Shown: positions 7,003 to 16,326 of the stretch, in pieces
Position numbering within the stretch: position 1 is the stretch's first letter
Layout of the letters: every line of letters starts with the position of its first letter
Virus record (IMG/VR): IMGVR_UViG_3300021138_000003
DNA length: 20,000 bases
Direction: 5' to 3' (one strand)
DNA from: an uncultured virus (IMG/VR IMGVR_UViG_3300021138_000003)
Taxonomy: Duplodnaviria; Heunggongvirae; Uroviricota; Caudoviricetes
Made by a program: the position numbers and the translations under genes
Notes under the pieces: model-generated
Database searches by the model: none
What the model saw: only the letters and a program-made list of their open reading frames with translations
What the model was told of the DNA's origin: nothing

Positions 7003-7869
7003 TTATAAGAAGAAATTAGTAGGTGTAAACTCTACAGTTACTTCGATTTCTTCCTCTTTACTGATTTGTTTAATCTCGTCTGTGGCCTTAACCTTAACGG
7101 GTTTAACGCTATTTGCAGAGGATTCGGTGTCAATTTTGTTTTTAATTATATTGAACAATTCTCTGTCACATTGTTCTACAAATTCTTTGATAAAGAATTC
7201 ATTTTCTACAACTTCTTCTCCGGATTCAACTCGTGATATTGAATCTGCTACAGTGCTAAGGGTATATTGAGATAATTTATTGAAACTATTTTTAAATAAT
7301 TCTAATTTTCTATCCTCGGACATTTCGTCATCATTGACTACACTCATAATTTTCTGAGTTTCTAGTGCTTCTAATCCAGCTTTAGCAATTGTTTTATAAG
7401 ACAACGGTTTGATATAAATTTTCAAATCATCATTGATTACTAGTTCTTCGTCCCAGGATGCATCATTATATAATTGATCTAAAATTAGTGAAAGATCGAC
7501 ATCAACTGAAAATAATACATTATTAACAGTTACTGGAGATTTTAAAATATTACCATAGGTTGCAATCCTTATTGCAACCAATAACGCATCTAAATCTATA
7601 CTAGGAATCGACCAAGCATTTTTTATAGACGGAATGCAACTTTGAATAATGCTTACTAATGCCTGTCCGTTTGCAAGTGCAACTGGATTTTTCAATGCAA
7701 TTTCGTCTTTGGCAGTCATGGAAAATACATCATATTCATTGTTCTCTGAAAAGTCGATAGACCCTTCGTCCCAATAAATTCCTCTACTTGGTAATTTTAC
7801 CTGTAATTTAGGCTGCCGCATGAGGTTTGATAAAGGGTTGACCTTTGGTTTATGTAGTGTTTTCTGCAT
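7003..7869 (-). CDS. Baseplate hub / tail assembly chaperone (T4 gp26-like), paralog A
   Basis: Full-length similarity to 6124-6993 (NPLSNLMRQPK, MTAKDE, SCIP.IKNAW, AIRIATYG, IKPLSYK, LETQ). Confidence 0.7.
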   Translation of the reverse strand: MQKTLHKPKVNPLSNLMRQPKLQVKLPSRGIYWDEGSIDFSENNEYDVFSMTAKDEIALKNPVALANGQALVSIIQSCIPSIKNAWSIPSIDLDALLVAIRIATYGNILKSPVTVNNVLFSVDVDLSLILDQLYNDASWDEELVINDDLKIYIKPLSYKTIAKAGLEALETQKIMSVVNDDEMSEDRKLELFKNSFNKLSQYTLSTVADSISRVESGEEVVENEFFIKEFVEQCDRELFNIIKNKIDTESSANSVKPVKVKATDEIKQISKEEEIEVTVEFTPTNFFL

Positions 7870-7883
7870 ACTTTTGTGTCCCG

Positions 7884-7916
7884 ATAAATACTTTTGATAT
7901 GTACAGCTTTATTTAT
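7884..7916. promoter_or_regulatory. Pair of oppositely oriented late promoters
   Basis: ATAAATA on plus at 7884-7890 (towards the tape measure) and on minus at 7916-7910 (towards the chaperones), within a 73-nt intergenic gap. Confidence 0.65.
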
Positions 7917-7942
7917 GTGTGCATTTAACCAGAGATTTTTAT

Positions 7943-10900
7943 ATGAGTAATGTCACCGGCCAAATTGGTAATGATCAAGTTATTTTAGATAATGCTGCTA
8001 CTGAAGCTACTCTGCGATTAATTTTGCAGGCTACTTTAGCAACAACTAAAGCACAAAAAGAAGCTATCTCCGGTTTAGCTAAAAACTCTGGCTTAGATCC
8101 TAGTAAAGTAGCCGCAGTTCACACTCAAATGAATGCATTAGGTGAAGCTGCTGTATACACAGGTGCAGTGCTCGGAGGATTAACCGCAGCAGGTGAAACT
8201 TTTACTAGAGGAATTAATAATGCTTCTAGAGTGTTAGGTGTTCTTACATCTGGTGAAGGCTCTATTAGTGCTGTAACAAAATTATTTGAAGGGCTGCCTT
8301 TTGGCATAGGCGCAGTAGCTACTGGGTTTACTAAACTAGCGGAATTTCAAGAAAAAACATTTTCAACATATCAACAGCTTACCAATTCTGGTATAAATTT
8401 TAACGGTAGTTTAACTGATATGAGAATGGCTGCTGCAAATACATATATGACCCTTGATCAGTTCGGTAATTTATTAAAAAGTAACAGTGAAACATTTGCT
8501 AGATTAGGTGGAACTGCAAACGACGGTGCAATGGCATTTGTTAAGATGAGTAACCAGTTATTAAAAAGTGGAGCAGGGGATAATCTAAGGGCATTAGGAT
8601 ACACTACTGAAGAAGTTAATCAAGGATTGGCTTCGTATTTACAAATGACTGGTGCTAGAAACAAACAGGAAATGCAGAACACTACGCAAATTACTGAAGC
8701 AGCAGCTGGCTATATGGAACAGCTAAATGGTCTTGCAGAACTTACTGGTAAGAGTCGAAAAGAGCAGGAAGATCAACTAAAACAAGCATCTTTAAATGCA
8801 GCTTGGCAATCAAAATTAGCAAAAATGTCTCCTGAAGAAAAAGAAAAAGCTATTGCTGGGTTAAATTATGCGTTAGCTACTGGCGGTAAAGACGCTGTAG
8901 AAGCTTTTCAAGCACATGCTATGAAAGTTCCACCGTTAACCAAAGGAGCACAGGCGTATACGGCAATGTATAGTGATGCAGCAGCCGGCCTTAACAAATC
9001 TGCAGATATGATATATGACAAAACTAAAACTAAAGATGATTTAGAAAATCAATATATTGAAAATAGAAAGGCTCAAATCGCAGATGGACAAAAATACAGT
9101 GATCAACTAAATTATGCATTAATTGCCCAAGGTGGTGCAATGGGCGATCTCCAACAAACTGTCGGAGATCTTAATAATACCGCCAAAACACAATCTGATG
9201 ATGATGTACGGCGTGCCCTTGCTAAAAAAGATATGGATGGAAAACAGGCAGAAGCCGCTGAAAAAGCACAAGCAGCAATACAACAAATGGGGCAAGACAT
9301 GTGGGAAAAATTACTTCCTGTTATTGCAAAATTATTACCTATTGTAAATTCTATGGTTACTGGATTTGTTTCATTAGTAGAATGGATTAGTAAATTCCCT
9401 AAGTTACTTGAAACATTGGTAATTGGATTTGGCGGACTTATTGTAGTAACAAAGGTGCTAAATGCGATCGAAGCAGCTAGATCTTTAATTGGCGGCGGCG
9501 GACGCGGCGGCGGAATTGCTGGTGCAGTTGAGGGTGCTGTCGGAGGCGGCCCTAAAGGTGGAGGTGGCATCGGCGGAGTTATCGGCGGAGTAGCTGAAGG
9601 TGCTGGAAAAATTGGACCAGCATTGAGTTCGATCGGTAAGGGCGCCGGTGGCCTAATACAAGGATTCTTAGAAGGACTAGCCGCTGGCTTAACTGCATTT
9701 GCAGATCCGGTTATTTTGTTAGGTGCTGGCGTTTTTGCAGGAACTATTGCAATTATTTCGGCGGGTATCGGTGCATCTGCAATTATCATTGGCGAATCAT
9801 TACCATTTCTTGCTAAAGGTCTGCAAAGTTTTGAAAAAGTCGACGGTAAGAATCTTATTAGTGTAGGAGAGGGCCTCGGTGCGCTAGCATTAGGATTTGC
9901 CGCGTTCGGCGCTGGCGCAGTAATGGGGTCAATTGGCGGCTTAATTGGAAATATGGTCGACGGTATTGGTACATTATTTGGCGGGAAAACTCCGATCGAG
10001 AAAATGATCGATTTTGGTAAAATGCCAATCGACGCTAAAAAAGTTAAAGAAAATGCAGAAGCATTTGTTGCATTTTCTAATGCAATGGCTTCATATAAAG
10101 GCGGCCCGACTAACGATATGATCGGTCATATCTCAAACGCTGTTACTAGATGGTTTGGCGCTAAAGTACCTGTTGATAAAATGGTTGATTTTAACAAAGT
10201 CAACATAGATGCCAAAAAAGTCAAAGGTAATGCAGAAGCATTTATTGCATTTAGCCAAGCAATGGCCGCTTACAAAGGCGGCCCTGCAAACCCTGGAATT
10301 TTGTCAGCAATGGCTGATTCGTTAAGAGCAGTATTCCACGTACCATTGCCATTGGATCAGTTTAAACAATTTGCCGGACTTGATCTAGGACCTAACATCG
10401 GAGTAAATGCCAAAGCATTTGCAGATTTTGCCACAGGTATGGCTGCAATTGGCAGCACATCACCTGGAGTAGGTGGAGCAATAAGTGAGTCTATGGCAGG
10501 TTTTTTTGCCAAAACTCCTATTGATAAATTTGTAGAATTTGCGGGATTATCTATCGATTCAAAGAATGCTGAAAGCAATGCAGCAGCGTTTACTGCATTT
10601 TCTAATGCACTTAGTGGGTTCAAAGGAGTGCCGGCGGGTGCAGGAGAGCTAGGAAAATCTGGATGGTTTGGCAACGATATGCTAGATAATCTACGGAGAT
10701 TTTCTAATCTAAAATTAGGTGCAGATACGCAAAAAAATGCTGATGCATTTACTGCATTTTCAACAGCACTAGGTAATTTTAAAGGATTTAGCGGGTCGGC
10801 CGACCTAGGAGGTGGATTTTTTAGCAATGATCTTTTAGATAATTTACAAAGATTTTCTAATCTAAAACTAGGTGCAGATACACAAAAAAATGCCGATGCT

Positions 10901-11377
10901 TTGAAGAGTATCGGAGACGGAATGGAGCAACCTGCTAAAAACATTGCTACATTTAATTCAAGTCTTTCAGATTTACTAAAAATAGATATTTCACAAATTG
11001 ACAAACTATCTGGATCGATGTCAAAATTAAAAGATAGTGTACAACCTGATCAAAAAATGGATGGATTTCAAAGCGGAATCGATTCGTCGATTAATAGTTT
11101 CTTATCAAGTGTTGGGTTAAATGCTAATCCAAGTGCAACAACATCTGCTGCAACTCACGCTTCAAATCTACCACCACTAACACATGCTGCCCAAGAATTT
11201 GCAGCTACAAACAAGCTGAATGCTCCAGCAGATCCTATGGAAATATTGCTAAGAGAAGTGCAGACGTTAAATAAGAACACAATGGATATGGTAAGAGCAA
11301 TGCGAGATACTTCGGATAATACTAAGAAGACAGCTAATGTACTTGCATCTAATGGCAATTTGTTCAAAGCAGTATAA
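7943..11377 (+). CDS. Tape measure-like tail protein (~1144 aa)
   Basis: Long Ala/Gly-rich helical protein with hydrophobic Gly-rich central segments and C-terminal repeats. Adjacent to the chaperone genes. ATG 7943 chosen because it lies downstream of the late promoter. Confidence 0.75.
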   Translation: MSNVTGQIGNDQVILDNAATEATLRLILQATLATTKAQKEAISGLAKNSGLDPSKVAAVHTQMNALGEAAVYTGAVLGGLTAAGETFTRGINNASRVLGVLTSGEGSISAVTKLFEGLPFGIGAVATGFTKLAEFQEKTFSTYQQLTNSGINFNGSLTDMRMAAANTYMTLDQFGNLLKSNSETFARLGGTANDGAMAFVKMSNQLLKSGAGDNLRALGYTTEEVNQGLASYLQMTGARNKQEMQNTTQITEAAAGYMEQLNGLAELTGKSRKEQEDQLKQASLNAAWQSKLAKMSPEEKEKAIAGLNYALATGGKDAVEAFQAHAMKVPPLTKGAQAYTAMYSDAAAGLNKSADMIYDKTKTKDDLENQYIENRKAQIADGQKYSDQLNYALIAQGGAMGDLQQTVGDLNNTAKTQSDDDVRRALAKKDMDGKQAEAAEKAQAAIQQMGQDMWEKLLPVIAKLLPIVNSMVTGFVSLVEWISKFPKLLETLVIGFGGLIVVTKVLNAIEAARSLIGGGGRGGGIAGAVEGAVGGGPKGGGGIGGVIGGVAEGAGKIGPALSSIGKGAGGLIQGFLEGLAAGLTAFADPVILLGAGVFAGTIAIISAGIGASAIIIGESLPFLAKGLQSFEKVDGKNLISVGEGLGALALGFAAFGAGAVMGSIGGLIGNMVDGIGTLFGGKTPIEKMIDFGKMPIDAKKVKENAEAFVAFSNAMASYKGGPTNDMIGHISNAVTRWFGAKVPVDKMVDFNKVNIDAKKVKGNAEAFIAFSQAMAAYKGGPANPGILSAMADSLRAVFHVPLPLDQFKQFAGLDLGPNIGVNAKAFADFATGMAAIGSTSPGVGGAISESMAGFFAKTPIDKFVEFAGLSIDSKNAESNAAAFTAFSNALSGFKGVPAGAGELGKSGWFGNDMLDNLRRFSNLKLGADTQKNADAFTAFSTALGNFKGFSGSADLGGGFFSNDLLDNLQRFSNLKLGADTQKNADALKSIGDGMEQPAKNIATFNSSLSDLLKIDISQIDKLSGSMSKLKDSVQPDQKMDGFQSGIDSSINSFLSSVGLNANPSATTSAATHASNLPPLTHAAQEFAATNKLNAPADPMEILLREVQTLNKNTMDMVRAMRDTSDNTKKTANVLASNGNLFKAV
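9990..10910 (+). repeat. About six imperfect 51-59 aa repeats within the tape-measure-like gene
   Basis: Recurring NA(E/K/A/D)AF.AF core. DNA-level duplicates AATGCAGAAGCATTT at 10052 and 10229 (177 nt apart) and AGATTTTCTAATCTAAAA at 10697 and 10850 (153 nt apart). Confidence 0.8.
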
Positions 11378-11390
11378 GGAAATTAACTAA

Positions 11391-14252
11391 ATGGCATGGA
11401 AGAAGTATTTTACTCCCGTTGTAAATGACGGAAGTACAAGTCCTGTAGGCAGTGTCGGTAACCGTGCGAATCCTAGTCGTACTAACTATTCAAGCTATTT
11501 GCCTGATGTGTATAGCGGCCACCCGAACAGACTAGAACGTTATCAGCAATATGATACTATGGACAGCGACAGTGAAGTTAATGCTGCGCTAGATATTCTT
11601 GCAGAATTCTGCACTCAAATGAATGATAGCAATGGTACTCCGTTTGAATTATTCTTTAAAGAAGAAGCTACTCAAACAGAAATTAAAGTTCTACGTAAGT
11701 ATTTGCAACAGTGGACTAAACTTAACAAGTTTTATACTAGAATCTTTAAGATTGTTCGTAATACCTTCAAATACGGAGATGCTTTCTTCGTTCGTGATCC
11801 CGAAACACAGGCATGGATGTATATTGATCCTGCTAAGGTAGATAAAATTATTGTCAATGAATCCGACGGTAAAGTACCAGAACAATACGTTATTCGTGAT
11901 TTAAACATTAATTTACAGAATCTAACTGTTACTCAGATTAATCCTAGTAACATGAATGGAACTGGTCAAGGCAGCAATTACATGGTTGCTGGCGCACAAC
12001 AGCGCGGCATGGTAGGCGGAGCACCGCAGAATGCAGGCGGCCGTTTTCAGATTAATCAAAATCAATATGCAATTGATGCTAACCACGTAATTCACATTTC
12101 ATTAAGTGAAGGATTAGATAATAATTTTCCTTTTGGTAACAGCTTAATGGAAAGCATTTTCAAAGTTTACAAGCAAAAAGAATTGCTTGAAGATGCTATC
12201 ATCATTTATCGTGTACAGCGTGCTCCTGAACGTCGCGTATTTTATATTGACGTTGGTAACATGCCAAGCCACTTAGCTATGGGATTTGTTGAACGTGTTA
12301 AAAATGAAGTTAATCAGCGTCGTATTCCTAGCTTAACAGGTGGCGGCACTAGCGTTATTGATGCTTCGTATAATCCGCTGTCAATCAATGAAGACTACTT
12401 CTTCCCCCAAACTTGTCTCGCACTAGATGAAAAAATTAAATTACTAGATGGTCGCGATTTATCTCTTATTGATATTATTAAAGAATATGAATCTGGTAAA
12501 GTCAACTACGCATATACGGTAAATCAAGAAACTCATGAAATTGAACCAGGTAAAATTGTGTGGGCAGGAAAGACACGTCTTAATACACAATTAGTTGAAG
12601 TATTGCTTGATAACGGAGAAAAGATTAAAGTCACTCCGGACCACAGATTTATTATGCGTGATGGATCTGAAGTAGAAGCACAACATCTAAAAGAACAAGA
12701 TAGTTTAATGCCATTATATCTTCATGATGCAACTACAGGGAAACACCAAGGTGCTGGAAAGTATTTGAAGTATACTTGCAATGCTACTGGAAAGAAAAAA
12801 TGGGTACATACTATGGTATGTCCAAAATCAAGACCTGGTAAAGACACAGAAATTCACCATATCGATCTCAATAGTAGAAATAATGATCCTACTAATTTAG
12901 TTGAGATGAATACACACGACCATAGAGATCTTCATAAAAAATTAGGAACATATCATTTAACTAATGCATGGAACGATCCTATTAAACGAGCAAAAATTAT
13001 CGAAGGTACAAGGAATTATCACGCGAATGCAACTGCTGAAGATAAGCAGATGTTTATGACTCGTGGAAAGAAAAATGGCGCTGCAACATGGACCAATAAA
13101 GGTAGTGCCGATCGCGTTAGAAAATCATTATCCGACACTAGAAAAATTGTATCTGTAAATAAAACAATAATATACAGTGACGAAATGGCCGCAAGATTAG
13201 TTGATTTATATAATGAAGGATATGATAGTATTACTAAACTTACTAAAGTTCTTCGTGACGATGATATATTTCAAAATGAATTTAGAATAGCAAATCCTAA
13301 TCTCCTAAGAGATAAAAATCGTCCTAATAAAATTTTACCAACTGATACTACACTTGTAAAGATGGCTCAATTTATGGGATATAATGGATGGAACGATTTT
13401 AAAAAGACTTATGCTGTAAATCATAAAGTTGTTTCAGTAACTTGGTTAGAGGAATTAGAAGATACTGGGGATATTACTATCGAATCAAAAAGTAATTCCC
13501 ATAATTTTGCATTAACTGCTGGTGTGTTTATACACAACAGCGAAGGTCGAGGATCAAAAGTTGAAATTCTACCAGGTGGTACTAACCTAGGTGAAATTGA
13601 CGACCTTCGTTACTTCACTAATAAACTGTTTAGAGCGTTGCGTATTCCTAGCAGTTATTTGCCTACTGGCCCAGACGATGGCGGATCAAGTTTTAACGAC
13701 GGGCGCGTTGGTACTGCTTATATTCAAGAACTGCGATTCAACAAATATTGTGAACGACTACAAAGTCTTTTAAATGACAGTTTTAATACTGAGTTTAAAT
13801 TGTTCTTGCATGATCGTGGTGTTAATGTTGATCCGATGTTGTTCGACATTAAATTTAATCCTCCTCAAAATTTTGCTGCTTATCGTCAGGCTGAAATGGA
13901 TACTGCTCGCGTTAGCACTTTCCAAACTATGGTAGGGATTCCTTTCATAAGCAAAAGATTTGCACTAAAGAGATTCTTAGGTCTTAGCGAAGAAGAAATT
14001 GCAGAAAATCAAACTAAGTGGCAGGAAGAAAATATTGAAAATATGAATAATCCTATGAATGCCGCAGCTGAAATGCGCGCAGGCGGTATTACTGCCGGTG
14101 GTGCTGCTGCTGATCTAGGAGCAATTGACGCTGCTGGTATACCTCCGGAAGGTATGGACGGAGATATGGGAGCAGGCGAACCAGGAATGGGTACTGCACC
14201 ACCTGCAAGCGGCGGAGCACCTAATGCAGGACCTGGCGGCGGCCAGATGTAA
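11391..14252 (+). CDS. gp20: Portal vertex protein (T4 gp20-like), intein-containing precursor
   Basis: LLEDAIIIYRVQRAPERRVFYIDVGNMP, EDYFFP, LPGGTNLGEIDDLRYF..KLFRALRIPSS are gp20-family motifs. Confidence 0.93.
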   Translation: MAWKKYFTPVVNDGSTSPVGSVGNRANPSRTNYSSYLPDVYSGHPNRLERYQQYDTMDSDSEVNAALDILAEFCTQMNDSNGTPFELFFKEEATQTEIKVLRKYLQQWTKLNKFYTRIFKIVRNTFKYGDAFFVRDPETQAWMYIDPAKVDKIIVNESDGKVPEQYVIRDLNINLQNLTVTQINPSNMNGTGQGSNYMVAGAQQRGMVGGAPQNAGGRFQINQNQYAIDANHVIHISLSEGLDNNFPFGNSLMESIFKVYKQKELLEDAIIIYRVQRAPERRVFYIDVGNMPSHLAMGFVERVKNEVNQRRIPSLTGGGTSVIDASYNPLSINEDYFFPQTCLALDEKIKLLDGRDLSLIDIIKEYESGKVNYAYTVNQETHEIEPGKIVWAGKTRLNTQLVEVLLDNGEKIKVTPDHRFIMRDGSEVEAQHLKEQDSLMPLYLHDATTGKHQGAGKYLKYTCNATGKKKWVHTMVCPKSRPGKDTEIHHIDLNSRNNDPTNLVEMNTHDHRDLHKKLGTYHLTNAWNDPIKRAKIIEGTRNYHANATAEDKQMFMTRGKKNGAATWTNKGSADRVRKSLSDTRKIVSVNKTIIYSDEMAARLVDLYNEGYDSITKLTKVLRDDDIFQNEFRIANPNLLRDKNRPNKILPTDTTLVKMAQFMGYNGWNDFKKTYAVNHKVVSVTWLEELEDTGDITIESKSNSHNFALTAGVFIHNSEGRGSKVEILPGGTNLGEIDDLRYFTNKLFRALRIPSSYLPTGPDDGGSSFNDGRVGTAYIQELRFNKYCERLQSLLNDSFNTEFKLFLHDRGVNVDPMLFDIKFNPPQNFAAYRQAEMDTARVSTFQTMVGIPFISKRFALKRFLGLSEEEIAENQTKWQEENIENMNNPMNAAAEMRAGGITAGGAAADLGAIDAAGIPPEGMDGDMGAGEPGMGTAPPASGGAPNAGPGGGQM
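12414..13538 (+). mobile_element. Intein (375 aa) with internal HNH endonuclease domain
   Basis: N-terminal CLALDEKIKLLDG, block B VTPDHRF, C-terminal HNFALTAGVFIHN followed by Ser(+1). Internal EIHHIDLNSRNNDPTNLVEMNTHDHRDLH. Removal restores EDYFFPQT-SEGRGSKVE. Confidence 0.92.
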
Positions 14253-14260
14253 AAATTTGG

Positions 14261-14266
14261 TAAATA
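14261..14266 (+). promoter_or_regulatory. Late promoter core (TAAATA)
   Basis: GGTAAATA ends 5 nt before ATG 14272, implying a nearly leaderless transcript. Confidence 0.55.
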
Positions 14267-14271
14267 ATAAT

Positions 14272-14526
14272 ATGTTGTTACGCGAATTTGTTTATTTTAA
14301 TGATGAGGACGAGGATCAGAAAGATGATCGTCGCTATGACCCGAGAAATGACAAGAGCATTTTAGACGTCAACCGTACTAGGAAGACTAGACTTACTTTA
14401 AGATTAATTAATCAATTACGTCTTGCAGCAGAATCTCATGATCAAGAAAAGTTAGAAGATTTGGCTCTTGTGCGTGCAATGTATGCTAATCCGCCTGCTG
14501 AAGCACAACCTGGTCCAGGACTTTAA
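14272..14526 (+). CDS. Small head-module protein (84 aa)
   Basis: MLLREF... with RKTRLTLRLINQLR motif, between portal and core genes. The true start is most likely ATG 14272, not the longer ORF-track start inside the portal. Confidence 0.75.
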   Translation: MLLREFVYFNDEDEDQKDDRRYDPRNDKSILDVNRTRKTRLTLRLINQLRLAAESHDQEKLEDLALVRAMYANPPAEAQPGPGL

Positions 14527-14623
14527 AAAATTTTAATAAATACCAGATATTGATGAAATATTCCTATTTTTGTCAAAAACGATTGTTTTTGGCATATTTC
14601 CTATATTTTATTGAATACGGCTG

Positions 14624-14629
14624 TAAATA
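14624..14629 (+). promoter_or_regulatory. Late promoter core (TAAATA); second copy ATAAATA at 14536-14542
   Basis: Upstream of the AAGGAG SD and ATG 14670. Confidence 0.55.
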
Positions 14630-14669
14630 TACTTGACAGCCATACCACCCCCACTAAAGGAGAAAAACT

Positions 14670-15671
14670 ATGTCTAGCAAGTTTGAACAATTACTGGACT
14701 TACTCGTAAACGAAGACCGTGAATCAGCAGACGCTCTGTTCCACGAAATCGTTGTCGAAATGTCCCGCGATATTTATGAAAACATCATTGCTGAGGAAGC
14801 TGATGAAGAAGAAGATGAATGCATGGAAGAAGCTTCTGAAGAGGAAGAAGATGACTCCATGGAAGAATCGATGTTCGGTGAAGAGGAAGAAGAATTTCCT
14901 GTTCAAGACCAGACAGACGATTTTGTAGACGACGTTGAAGACGATGACGCAATGGGCGACGACAATTTCGGAGATGACGATTTCGGAGATGACGATTTCG
15001 GCGGCGACGAAGATGAAGCAGCTACAAAGGGCGATATTCACGATCTAGAAAACGCACTTGACGAACTCAAGGCAGAATTCGAAAAACTAATGGCCGGCGA
15101 AGAAGCTGAAGAAGCTGATCATCCGGGTATCCACGATATCGGTGGCCCAGATGTTGGCGACGATTTTGGCGACGAAGACGAAGAAGGCGCTGCTTTCGGT
15201 GACGAAGAAGACGAAGATGAAGGCATGATGGCTTTTGAAAGTCGTAAGTCTCAGGGCGAAACAATGCGCGAATACATCGAAAAGGTAACTGCTACTATGG
15301 ACGGCGGTTTAGTTGGTGCACGCACTGGCGAAAATCTTCCTGCTCCAAAGGAAGGCAAGAGCCCGATTAGTTCCGGTTCGGGCAAGCCAACAAGCGGTGC
15401 AAATGCTAAGAACATTGCACAGGCTGCAAAGGGCGAAGACCAAGACGGTACTACTCCAAAGGGTAAGATCGGCGGCGTTCTAAAGCAGGGCCAAGACATT
15501 CCGCACGCAGGTAACTTCCTAAACACTGAAAAGTCAGGTCAAAAAGCCAAGGGCATGTTTAGTGCAGCTAAGAAGCCAGCTAAGGGCGAAGGTCATCCAG
15601 TCGGTGCCGGCACTGGCAAGGATAATGTAACTGGTGCAACAAACACCAAGAGCATTGAATCCGGTCGTTAA
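14670..15671 (+). CDS. Highly acidic prohead core/scaffold-like protein
   Basis: Very Asp/Glu-rich N-terminal half and Gly/Lys-rich C-terminal half. Lies between portal and protease, the position of T4 gp67/gp68 core genes. Strong SD. Confidence 0.7.
   Translation: MSSKFEQLLDLLVNEDRESADALFHEIVVEMSRDIYENIIAEEADEEEDECMEEASEEEEDDSMEESMFGEEEEEFPVQDQTDDFVDDVEDDDAMGDDNFGDDDFGDDDFGGDEDEAATKGDIHDLENALDELKAEFEKLMAGEEAEEADHPGIHDIGGPDVGDDFGDEDEEGAAFGDEEDEDEGMMAFESRKSQGETMREYIEKVTATMDGGLVGARTGENLPAPKEGKSPISSGSGKPTSGANAKNIAQAAKGEDQDGTTPKGKIGGVLKQGQDIPHAGNFLNTEKSGQKAKGMFSAAKKPAKGEGHPVGAGTGKDNVTGATNTKSIESGR
14958..15002 (+). repeat. 3 x 15-nt tandem repeat encoding DD(N/D)FG
   Basis: GACGACAATTTCGGA GATGACGATTTCGGA GATGACGATTTCGGC. 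Confidence 0.85.
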
Positions 15672-15683
15672 TAGGAAATTTAG

Positions 15684-16310
15684 ATGTCAACTTACTTACG
15701 AGAACATTTAAGTTTTGATCAAGCTCGCGTTATTTTAGAAAACGACGGCGAGAATGGAAAGAACCTTTGGCTAAAAGGAATTTGCATTCAAGGTGGGATC
15801 CGCAATGCTAATCAGCGTGTGTATCCAGTTAATGAAATTACAAATGCTGTTAAAACTTTAAATGACCAAATTCAAAACGGTTATAGTGTTCTCGGAGAAG
15901 TTGATCATCCAGATGACTTAAAAGTAAATTTAGACCGTGTATCACACATGATTACTGATATGTGGATGGACGGTCCTAACGGATATGGCAAGATGAAAAT
16001 TTTGCCAACTCCTATGGGCAACTTGATTAAAACTATGCTCGAATCGGGTGTTAAACTCGGTGTAAGTTCCAGAGGTAGCGGCAACGTTAACGAAGGTACT
16101 GGCCATGTTTCCGATTTTGAAATTATTACAGTTGACATCGTTGCTCAACCAAGTGCTCCGGGCGCTTATCCAACACCAGTATACGAACATCTTATGAATA
16201 ATAAAGGTGGTTACACTGCTTGGCGAGTAGCGCAAGAAGTAAAAGAAGATCCAAAGGCCCAGAAATATCTTCAAGAGTCACTCTTGAAGATTATTAAAGG
16301 TCTAAATTAA
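15684..16310 (+). CDS. gp21: Prohead protease (T4 gp21-like)
   Basis: NANQRVYP, LGEVDHP, VSH, LGVSSRGSG and DIVAQPSAPGAY motifs. Confidence 0.93.
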   Translation: MSTYLREHLSFDQARVILENDGENGKNLWLKGICIQGGIRNANQRVYPVNEITNAVKTLNDQIQNGYSVLGEVDHPDDLKVNLDRVSHMITDMWMDGPNGYGKMKILPTPMGNLIKTMLESGVKLGVSSRGSGNVNEGTGHVSDFEIITVDIVAQPSAPGAYPTPVYEHLMNNKGGYTAWRVAQEVKEDPKAQKYLQESLLKIIKGLN

Positions 16311-16326
16311 GCCCGAGGAGAAATAG

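Noticed and set aside
9112..11004. Long minus-strand ORFs (9112-9789, 10357-11004)
   Set aside because: Antisense shadows of Gly/Ala-rich tape-measure codons, with no SD or promoter support.
14125..14271. Extended N-terminus of the 14125-14526 ORF
   Set aside because: Overlaps the portal C-terminus out of frame. The promoter position supports ATG 14272.
14958..15002. CRISPR-like or regulatory repeat array
   Set aside because: Only three contiguous in-frame 15-nt coding repeats, with no spacers.
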